NCBI GenBank assembly: GCA_963733035.1
Contig: CAVTBU010000006.1
Location: 736,001-800,000, forward strand
Direction: 5' to 3'
DNA: 64,000 nt
Origin: Pirellulales bacterium
GTDB taxonomy: Bacteria; Planctomycetota; Planctomycetia; Pirellulales; PALSA-1355
The position numbers and the translations under genes are program-made. The first letter of the stretch is position 1, and each line of letters opens with the position of its first letter. Shown piece by piece: positions 11,249-19,148 of the stretch. A model generated the notes under the pieces. The model saw only the letters and a program-made list of their open reading frames with translations, was not told the origin of the DNA and ran no database searches.

Positions 11249-11920
11249 ATGCGTGTTGAGAACAACGGTTATCGAACGACGCGGCGGCGTTTTGCGTTTT
11301 GGCTGGGGATGGGTCTGTTCACCCTCGGCGAGAAGTTGCACGCCGAAGGCCTGGATGCACTTGCTGCCGCCGCGATGCGGGCGACGGAATCAAAACGTTC
11401 CGTCACGCCTGATGCTGACGCCGCCAACAATACCGCCACTCCCGAGCACTGGACCGTCGGAGAGAACAACACCTGGCGATGGTTCGAACGCGAGAACCTC
11501 ATCGACGGCGAGTGGCGCGTGACTGGCATCACGACCCCAGTGAACAAGCTCACCGGTAATTACTATCAAGGCCACGGCTACCTCGAGGAAAGTCTGGCTC
11601 CCGAGTCGCTGCGAAACGGCAAGCTTCAGTCGAGTTCTGGCGACGCGAAAACCGTATCGGCATTTGAACGTGATCGCGGGCAGCCCAGCCCCACCCGCCG
11701 CGCACGTCACGGCCGTCCGCCGAGCCGCTGGCTACGAAGCCTGAAGGCCGAGGAGCTACGCATCTGGCTTAAGACGATCGACGTGCCCGAGGCCGGCGTC
11801 GAGGGAATGACTTTCTGGACGCACCTGACACGCGACCACTCGTTCGACCCGGCAAAGATCGAGGGATTGAACGAAGACGAACAGGCCAAGCTGCACGCCG
11901 CGGCGCACTACGGCTACTAG
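11249..11920 (+). CDS. Hypothetical exported protein with His-rich C-terminal domain
   Basis: GAGG RBS; TRRRFAF twin-arginine-like signal; C-terminal HLTRDH...LHAAAH. Confidence 0.65.
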   Translation: MRVENNGYRTTRRRFAFWLGMGLFTLGEKLHAEGLDALAAAAMRATESKRSVTPDADAANNTATPEHWTVGENNTWRWFERENLIDGEWRVTGITTPVNKLTGNYYQGHGYLEESLAPESLRNGKLQSSSGDAKTVSAFERDRGQPSPTRRARHGRPPSRWLRSLKAEELRIWLKTIDVPEAGVEGMTFWTHLTRDHSFDPAKIEGLNEDEQAKLHAAAHYGY

Positions 11921-12264
11921 CGTACCCGACAGTTGAGAGTTGTCCGCGCCGCGAGAAGCGCAACGTCCATTGCAAGCGTGATTCCCGCACGTCACGATCG
12001 CCGGGCCCCAGCGACGAGCACAGTCTGGTTTAGCCAGCGACCCGTAGAATGCTCAAAACGTTGCGGTATCAAATGTGCTGATTTGGCAAACTGGGTAAAT
12101 GCCGTCGCCGATTTTGCCCCTGCGTCTTTGAACAAAAAGCGTGCAACTCGGATGGGGGTTTGGTATCTTTCCGGACGGGTGAAATCCGGGGCGTGGCCGT
12201 TGCTGGTATTTCCCTGCCAGGCGGTGCCACGTCTGTTTCCCGTTGGGCACGGGAGGGTCGTTCG

Positions 12265-13683
12265 ATGCACGACAACTGCAATCGAGCGGAAAGAGGCACG
12301 CCATCGAACGTCGCCGCAGGCCGCGGTGTTCAACCGAGGGCCGCTGACGATGCGGTCGAATCGCCATCCAGACTTAGCGGCGAGCGAAGTTTTGGTAAGT
12401 CCAATTCTCAACACGCTGCCACAGGGCGGTCGGTTGACCCGGCCAGGCTGGCACCGGTCAGGCCCTGGCATCGCTACTTGCTATCACGCGTGATGGCCAT
12501 GGCGGGCGGACCCCCACTTGCGGCCGCGCTATGGGATGGTCAGGAGATTCAGCCCAGCCAACGATCGCCGTTGGCAACCATCGTGGTCCACAATGCAGCG
12601 ACGTTACGTCGAATTGCAATCAACCCCTTCTTTCAATTTGCCGAAGCCTATGCCAACGGTCAGGTAGACATCATTGGTGACGTGGTCGAAGCCATCGTGG
12701 CAGTCAATCGTTCGATCAAAGCCTCGGCCGGTGCCAGCCTGCTCTACAAGGTGGTATCGAGTTGGTGTCGACTACCGAGATTCAACTCGCTGACAGCTGC
12801 GCGTGACAATGTTTATCACCACTACGACATTGGCAACGAGTTCTATCGTCTGTGGCTCGACCAGCAATTGGCCTATACCTGTGCCTACTTTCCCTCTCCA
12901 GACGTTTCACTGGAGGAGGCTCAAGTTGCCAAGTTCGACCACGTTTGCCGCAAGCTTTGGTTGCGTCCCGGTGAGCGCGTCGTCGAAGCTGGTTGCGGTT
13001 GGGGTGCGCTGGCATTGCATATGGCGCGTGAGTACGGAGTCCAGGTTCGCGCATTCAATGTGTCGCGCGAACAAATTGCTTATGTGCGCGAGCGGGCCAA
13101 GGCCGAGGGGCTTGCCGATCGCGTTGAATTCATCGAGGACGATTGGCGGCATATCCAAGGCCGCTACGATGCGTTCGTTTCCGTCGGAATGCTCGAACAC
13201 GTCGGCAAGGCAAACTATCAACGACTCGGCGAGGTAGTCCATCGCACGCTTTTACCGAACGGGCGCGGGCTGATTCATACCATTGGCCGCAATAAACCCG
13301 CTCCGGTCGATCGCTGGATCGAGCGGCGTATCTTTCCGGGCAGCTATCCGCCGTCGCTGGCCGAGATGATGCAGATTCTTGAACCGCGGGACTTTTCGGT
13401 TCTCGACGTCGAAAACCTGCGTTTGCATTACGCGCAAACCCTCCGGCACTGGCTTGCTCGTTTCGAACAGGCGATCGACCGTGTGACCAAGATGTTCGAC
13501 GAACGCTTCGTTCGTATGTGGCGACTCTACCTGGCCGGCTCGGTGGCGGCGTTCGAAACCGGCGAGCTGCAGCTATTCCAAGTTGTTTTCGCCCGCGGCG
13601 ATTCGAACGAAATCGCGCGCACTCGAGCGCATCTCTACAACGTGGAACCGCCGGCTTTGCCGGCACCGGCCGCGGGGTTCTGA
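12265..13683 (+). CDS. cfa: Cyclopropane-fatty-acyl-phospholipid synthase family SAM methyltransferase
   Basis: HHYDIGNEFYRLWLD, YTCAYF, EAGCGWG, SVGMLEHVG, IFPGSYPP, HYAQTLRHW; GGGAGG RBS; start may be later (12493). Confidence 0.9.
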   Translation: MHDNCNRAERGTPSNVAAGRGVQPRAADDAVESPSRLSGERSFGKSNSQHAATGRSVDPARLAPVRPWHRYLLSRVMAMAGGPPLAAALWDGQEIQPSQRSPLATIVVHNAATLRRIAINPFFQFAEAYANGQVDIIGDVVEAIVAVNRSIKASAGASLLYKVVSSWCRLPRFNSLTAARDNVYHHYDIGNEFYRLWLDQQLAYTCAYFPSPDVSLEEAQVAKFDHVCRKLWLRPGERVVEAGCGWGALALHMAREYGVQVRAFNVSREQIAYVRERAKAEGLADRVEFIEDDWRHIQGRYDAFVSVGMLEHVGKANYQRLGEVVHRTLLPNGRGLIHTIGRNKPAPVDRWIERRIFPGSYPPSLAEMMQILEPRDFSVLDVENLRLHYAQTLRHWLARFEQAIDRVTKMFDERFVRMWRLYLAGSVAAFETGELQLFQVVFARGDSNEIARTRAHLYNVEPPALPAPAAGF

Positions 13684-13712
13684 AAACAACGCAACAGCCT
13701 GAGTGAAGCGTC

Positions 13713-14837
13713 ATGGACAGCTGCGACGTGCTGATCGTGGGCGGCGGACCGGCCGGTTCATCGTGCGCTTGGGGTTTGCGAGACACGAGACTCGACGTGC
13801 GGATTCTCGATCGCAAGCCGTTTCCTCGCGACAAGGTTTGCGCCGGTTGGGTTACGCCTCAAGTGTTCGAGGCGCTCGAGGTCGACATTGATGACTACCG
13901 TCGCCAGCGAGTCTGTCAGCCGATCACGGGTTTCCGCACTGGCATGATTGGCGGTCGCGAGGTTGAAAATCACTATCCGTGGCCCGTCAGCTACGGTATT
14001 CGACGCTACGAGTTCGACGACTACCTGCTCGATCGTTGCGGGGCCCGACTGGAGCTGCCCGCCGCGGCCGAACGCCTGGAGCGCGTGAGCGATGGGTGGG
14101 TGGTCAATCAATCGCTCAAGACAGGCTTGCTCGTCGGCGCGGGAGGCCACTTTTGTCCTGTCGCGCGGATCCTTGGCGCACGTTCGATTGAAACGCCTCC
14201 GGTCGTGGCCGCTCAGGAAGTTGAGTTTGCGGCCACGCCCCAGCAACTTGCCGCCGGCACGATCGAGGCCTCCACCCCCGAGTTGTTTTTCTGCCCCGAC
14301 CTCGAAGGTTACGGGTGGTGCTTCCGGAAGGGGGAATATTTGAATATCGGTCTCGGGCGAACGAGCCACGACCAGATTTCACTGCACGTGCAACAGTTCG
14401 TGGATTTCCTGCGAAGTCGCGGCAAGATTCATTGCGAACTACCGTCGCGATTTCGCGGCCACGCCTATCAGCTTTACGAGCGGACAGTGCCGAAATTGCA
14501 TGACGAACAAGTGTTGCTCGTGGGCGATGCCGCGGGCCTGGCTTATCCTCAAAGCGGCGAGGGAATTCGACCGGCGGTCGAGTCGGGATTGTTGGCCGCG
14601 CACACAATCGCTGCTGCTGACGGTGACTATTGCCGCCACAGTTTGGAGCCGTACGCCCAGGCTCTGATTGGCCGTCTCGGCACGCCCCGGCCTTCCGCCG
14701 CCAGTGGCTGGTTGCCGGCCAGTTGGCTCCGTGTGCTGGCCGCGCGGCTCATGGCCTCGCGTCAGTTCGCGCGCCGCGTCGTCATCGAGCGCTGGTTTCT
14801 GCATATGCACGAGGAGGCATGGCGAAAGGCGGAGTGA
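13713..14837 (+). CDS. FAD-dependent oxidoreductase, geranylgeranyl-reductase family
   Basis: DVLIVGGGPAGSSCA, FPRDKVCAG, GYGWCF, LVGDAAGLAYPQSGEGIRPAVESG; 29 nt after the cfa stop. Confidence 0.88.
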   Translation: MDSCDVLIVGGGPAGSSCAWGLRDTRLDVRILDRKPFPRDKVCAGWVTPQVFEALEVDIDDYRRQRVCQPITGFRTGMIGGREVENHYPWPVSYGIRRYEFDDYLLDRCGARLELPAAAERLERVSDGWVVNQSLKTGLLVGAGGHFCPVARILGARSIETPPVVAAQEVEFAATPQQLAAGTIEASTPELFFCPDLEGYGWCFRKGEYLNIGLGRTSHDQISLHVQQFVDFLRSRGKIHCELPSRFRGHAYQLYERTVPKLHDEQVLLVGDAAGLAYPQSGEGIRPAVESGLLAAHTIAAADGDYCRHSLEPYAQALIGRLGTPRPSAASGWLPASWLRVLAARLMASRQFARRVVIERWFLHMHEEAWRKAE

Positions 14838-14861
14838 AGGGTGAGAAATGCACGCTTCGGC

Positions 14862-15788
14862 TCATTCTTTCGATTTGACGGGGGCGGTCTTCGGGAGCAG
14901 GAAATTCAACCGGCGAGGTAGGATTGAGACGCGAAAGGTTTTGTCGCAAATAGGCTCGCCGTCCAGGTTCATTTGTATTTTCTGGTTGGCTTCAATTTCG
15001 AACGATGCGAGTTGCCGGTAGATGACGCGCTGGGGCTCCTCGGTTTCCAGACGAATCATCTCACTTACCAGTGTTCCGGTCTCGGGAAAGGCAACGTCGG
15101 GCACAACCACCAGGTCGAGTAGTCCGTCGTTTAGCAGCGCCAGCGGAGCGACATGAAACCCACCTCCTGCCAGCCGCCCGTTTCCGATGCCCAGGAGCAT
15201 CATTTGCCCCGAGAAGGTTCCCTCGGGCGTGATGATCTTGCCTTCGTGAGGTTTCATCGAAAGCGCCTTGATCAGTCCAACGAGTGAGTAGGCGGCTCCG
15301 CCCAGCACCCGCTTCATTCCCGCGGGCGTTTCCGCGGTAATCTCCGCGCCGATCCCGGCGCTGGCGACGTTGATAAACGGACGGTCGTTGATCATTCCCA
15401 CGTCGATCCGCCGTGGCGCGGTAGTCGTGATGAGCGCAAGTGCCTCGGTTGGATCAAGCGGAATGTGACAGCCGTTGGCAAAGTCGTTTGCCGTTCCCAG
15501 GGGAATGATGCCGATGGCCGTGGTCGCCGCGTCGCCGGCCCGCAGCACGCCCGCGGCGACCTCGTTCACGGTGCCATCGCCGCCGGCCGCCACTACGATG
15601 TCGAACCGTGCCCGGGCGGCTTCCTCGGCAAACTCGCTCGCCTGGCCGCTTTCCCAAGTCACTCGCACTTGTACGTCATGCCCCTCTGAGCGGCAACGCT
15701 CGACCGCCTCACGCACGTGCGGCAAGTGGGCGCCCTTGCCATTGAGCACGATGCGCAGCGAACGATACGAACTCTCCTTGCCGATCAT
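14862..15788 (-). CDS. yegS: Lipid kinase, YegS/DAGK family
   Basis: LNGKGA, RVTWE, GGDGTVNEV, PLGTANDFA, NLDGEP. Confidence 0.88.
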   Translation of the reverse strand: MIGKESSYRSLRIVLNGKGAHLPHVREAVERCRSEGHDVQVRVTWESGQASEFAEEAARARFDIVVAAGGDGTVNEVAAGVLRAGDAATTAIGIIPLGTANDFANGCHIPLDPTEALALITTTAPRRIDVGMINDRPFINVASAGIGAEITAETPAGMKRVLGGAAYSLVGLIKALSMKPHEGKIITPEGTFSGQMMLLGIGNGRLAGGGFHVAPLALLNDGLLDLVVVPDVAFPETGTLVSEMIRLETEEPQRVIYRQLASFEIEANQKIQMNLDGEPICDKTFRVSILPRRLNFLLPKTAPVKSKE

Positions 15789-15892
15789 GTGCAGCAGATC
15801 CCAGGGTTGGACGACAAACCGATGCGGTATTCTAGCGGTCGCGACAGTCTCACCCAAAAGAAGGCAGAAGGCACGCGACGAACCATGCGACG

Positions 15893-17278
15893 TCAGACTG
15901 TGGCTTGCAACCGGGCGTGGACTTCCGTGGCTGCCCGCTCCCCGGATTGGAGTGCCCCTTCCATGTAGCCCATCCACTCGGTTGCCGTTTCGGTTCCCGA
16001 CCAATGCAGGCGGCCACAAGGCGCGCGAAGAGCTTCACCGCACGCCGTTAGTACTCCGGGCCCAGCTACGCCCACATAACAACCGCGGCTCCAGGGATCG
16101 TCGTTCCAGTTTTTCTCAACAAAGTCGCTGGGCCGAGCGGCCTGGGGACCAAAGAACCGTACCAGTTCGGCCAGCACCGCCTGGCGTCGCTCGTCGGCCG
16201 AGCGGTCGGACCACTCGCGCACCGCTTGACCGTCGCTGAAGGTCACCAGCGCCGCGTGGTCGCCGTCGTGCGAGGTGTCGTCGAACGTGGTGACGGTTAT
16301 CCCCGTGTCGCTAACGGCCTCGCCCGAGAAGCCGGCTTCGCGCCAAAACGGCCGATCGTACGCGGCGACGTACTTGATCACCGAACCCATGGGCATGCGG
16401 GCCGCCAGCTGATCGCGCCTGGCCGGCAGGGGCGCCGCGTAGTCGATGCGTCCAGCCAATACTGGCGGCAGCGCAATGATCGAATAGCTGGCTTGAAATG
16501 TGCCGGCATCCGAGCGAATCGTCACGCCTTGCGAGTCTTGTTCGATCGCTCGCACCGGTGCGTTCAAGACGACACGCGGCGCAATCCGTTCCGCCAGTCG
16601 AGTCGAAAGCTGTTGCGCTCCGCCGACGAAGCGGTCCTGCTGGGCGCCCTTGGGAATCGAAATCAGCGTTTCAAGTCCCTCGCCCCATCGCAGATAACTG
16701 AGAAAAAAGAGAAACGAGACGTCGCGCGGTTCGCACGTCAACACCGCCCGGCACACGGCGTCGACGAACAGGTGCGCTCCACCAGATCGCAAATGGCGCT
16801 GTTTCCAGGTCTCGAGCGTCATGCCGTCCCACTTGGCAGCCTGCGCCGCGTGCCAGGGGGCGTCGGGCGGAATCTGGCTGGCGTACTTCTTCCAGCGCTT
16901 GTCGGCCAGAAGCAGTTCGAGCTGCGCGAGGACCGACAGCCGCGGAAGATCGCCGGCGTAGTCACTGAGCTTGCCGTCCCAGCTAAGGAGCTTCCGCCCC
17001 GCATGGTGTTGCGGAAACGTCTCCACGCCAAGATCCGCCGCCAGCGCCGCCAGCCTCTTGTGCGTTGGCCCGATCCACTGGCCGCCCAGGTCAATCATCG
17101 TACCGGCGAGCGATTGGCTGAGCGTGCGGCCTCCCACGCGGTCGCGAGCTTCCAGCACGAGGCAATGAACGCCCCGTTCGACGAGCTTTCTGCCTGCATT
17201 CAGTCCGGCCAATCCCGCGCCGACGATCACGACGTCGAAAGGCCCGTCGACCGCAACTGGGGGTGGCGATTGAAGCAT
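15893..17278 (-). CDS. Flavin monoamine oxidase family protein
   Basis: VVIVGAGLAGL, EARDRVGGRT, DLGGQWIG, GTETATEWMGYMEGALQSGERAA. Confidence 0.92.
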   Translation of the reverse strand: MLQSPPPVAVDGPFDVVIVGAGLAGLNAGRKLVERGVHCLVLEARDRVGGRTLSQSLAGTMIDLGGQWIGPTHKRLAALAADLGVETFPQHHAGRKLLSWDGKLSDYAGDLPRLSVLAQLELLLADKRWKKYASQIPPDAPWHAAQAAKWDGMTLETWKQRHLRSGGAHLFVDAVCRAVLTCEPRDVSFLFFLSYLRWGEGLETLISIPKGAQQDRFVGGAQQLSTRLAERIAPRVVLNAPVRAIEQDSQGVTIRSDAGTFQASYSIIALPPVLAGRIDYAAPLPARRDQLAARMPMGSVIKYVAAYDRPFWREAGFSGEAVSDTGITVTTFDDTSHDGDHAALVTFSDGQAVREWSDRSADERRQAVLAELVRFFGPQAARPSDFVEKNWNDDPWSRGCYVGVAGPGVLTACGEALRAPCGRLHWSGTETATEWMGYMEGALQSGERAATEVHARLQATV

Positions 17279-17512
17279 TGGCCAGGACCTTCCGCGCGGA
17301 AATCTACCTCGGGGAGAGATTGATCCTAAGGCCACCGCAGTGCCAATACAACCAGAAAGCCTCACGAAAACGTGCCCCTCCAAGTCCCCAGGTCGAAAGC
17401 CCGTTCAAGGCCGTTGAACGTTCACTGTCGCAACTGGGGTCCCTTGGCGGCGCTCTCCCGGCTAAACTGTTGCCGGTCATTCATTCGCAACCCAAACCGT
17501 CTCAACGCACCG

Positions 17513-17743
17513 ATGAATCAACACGAGCAACATAAACACCAACACGGGCAACATCACGGCCATCACCGAACGGGCAAGCGTAGGGGACTGCACAAGGATT
17601 GGCGAACCTGGGTGATTGTGGGATTGATGTTGGCGGCCATGTTGGTTTACGTGCTAAGTTTCGACGAATCACTTCAACCGGCGGGAACTTCGGTACCGGG
17701 TACTCCCATCGATAGTCCGCCCCCCATCGACGCTGCCCCGTAG
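17513..17743 (+). CDS. Small single-pass membrane protein with His-rich N-terminus
   Basis: MNQHEQHKHQHGQHHGHH, then HKDWRTW, a hydrophobic helix and a Pro-rich tail. Confidence 0.6.
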   Translation: MNQHEQHKHQHGQHHGHHRTGKRRGLHKDWRTWVIVGLMLAAMLVYVLSFDESLQPAGTSVPGTPIDSPPPIDAAP

Positions 17744-17941
17744 CCGACGCCGACTTCCGCACTTGTTGCGGGTTCCAAGCCAAGCAGCGCCTGGCAAGTC
17801 AGGGGTCACTCTGGTTTCGGCTCGCGCAAAGTTGGCGCATGCGTGCTCGCGTTTCGCGCGTGACGGCATTGCCAATTGCCGGTTCTCAAACGGCATCGAA
17901 GGAACGCTTTGCGACCAAATGGCGCGCGCTTTCGACCCGAC

Positions 17942-17957
17942 TGGCACGGACCGTGCA
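17942..17957 (+). promoter_or_regulatory. Putative sigma54 (-24/-12) promoter
   Basis: TGGCACGgaccgTGCA with exact GG-N10-GC spacing, about 125 nt upstream of the PRC-barrel gene. Confidence 0.55.
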
Positions 17958-18082
17958 CCAGCTCTCCATGGCAAGTCGGCGTGCCAGCTAACGAGCGGCG
18001 AATCCAGCATCCGATCTTGGCCGGCGCAAGGCCCTGTGATGAATCTGCTGAGCGAGATCGACGAACAGAGGAGGGAAAAATA

Positions 18083-18634
18083 ATGAGAAGGCACTGGTTT
18101 ATGGGAACGCTAGCATGTAGCGCGGCGGTCACGCTGGCTACTTTGGCCACGGCCGCTGATCCAACCGTGCAAACCGACACGAAGTCGGACCAGACGGCCA
18201 CGGCCCAGAAAATCCGGAGCGACCAGGAAGGAAAGATTCTGGCGGCACATACATTTCGAGCAAGTAAGCTCATCGGAATGAACGTCCGCAACGAGCAGGG
18301 CGAAGAACTCGGTTCGGTGGACGACATCGTGATCGATGTCCGCACGGGCAAGGTGCAATATGTGGCCATGTCGGTCGGCACGGTGTTGGGGCTTGGCGGT
18401 AAACTGCTAGCCGTTCCCTTTGACAATCTGCAATTCGACCACGGGCAGGACGAAATGTTCTTCGTGCTGAACATGTCTGCCGAAAAAGTCGCGGCCGCAC
18501 CAGGTTTCGATGAAGACCACTGGCCGAATCTCGCCGATCCGGACTGGACGGCCAAGATCAACAAGCACTATCGCCAAGTCGAACGGCGGACCAGCGCGTC
18601 AGAAGACAACGACGCGCCTCGCAAGGATGACTAG
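18083..18634 (+). CDS. Exported PRC-barrel domain protein
   Basis: Strong RBS gaggaggg; signal peptide; RASKLIGMNVRNEQGEELGSVDDIVID...GKLLAVPF; APGFDEDHWP. Confidence 0.88.
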   Translation: MRRHWFMGTLACSAAVTLATLATAADPTVQTDTKSDQTATAQKIRSDQEGKILAAHTFRASKLIGMNVRNEQGEELGSVDDIVIDVRTGKVQYVAMSVGTVLGLGGKLLAVPFDNLQFDHGQDEMFFVLNMSAEKVAAAPGFDEDHWPNLADPDWTAKINKHYRQVERRTSASEDNDAPRKDD

Positions 18635-18682
18635 CACAAAGGACGTTTGCAGTGACGACCCCTTCGATGGGTCCTTCGTGAC

Positions 18683-18728
18683 CGGCTGGCCGATTGGCGG
18701 GACGCTTGATCGGCCAGTCGAGTTTTTT
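18683..18728 (+). terminator. Intrinsic terminator after the PRC-barrel gene
   Basis: cggctggccgatt...gatcggccagtcg stem followed by agtttttt. Confidence 0.6.
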
Positions 18729-18756
18729 AAGTCTTACAGTCTTACGGGAGATGATG

Positions 18757-18963
18757 ATGAATAAGGATACGATGCAAGGCAATTGGAAGCAGCTGAAGGG
18801 TAAGGTCAAAGAAGCATGGGGCGACTTGACCGACGACGAACTGGATAAGTTCCAAGGCAAACGAGACCAACTCATTGGACATATCCAGAAGAAATATGGC
18901 CAGAGTAAGGAACAGATCGAGCAACGGCTGTCGCAGTACGAGCACGACAGCGGCGCTGCCTGA
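18757..18963 (+). CDS. CsbD/YjbJ family general stress protein
   Basis: MNKDTMQGNWKQLKGKVKEAWGDLTDDEL...GHIQKKYG; start is one of three tandem ATGs. Confidence 0.92.
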   Translation: MNKDTMQGNWKQLKGKVKEAWGDLTDDELDKFQGKRDQLIGHIQKKYGQSKEQIEQRLSQYEHDSGAA

Positions 18964-19148
18964 CAGAACCAAACTCTTGCCGAGTGACCCTGCGACCATG
19001 TCGACCTGGCACGGCGGGAGGGCTTTTTCGTACGCATGAGAGGAGCGGTGCGAGCAACGTCAGTCAGTCTTGTGATCCCCACCAGCGGCGGTTAGGCTGG
19101 AGGAGAACCTTTTCTCCTTACGCTAACCTTTGGCACGAGTGCGCGCTG

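Noticed and set aside
19131..19147. TGGCACG sigma54-like motif before the kinase (also at ~19007)
   Set aside because: The GC is not at the required GG-N10-GC position
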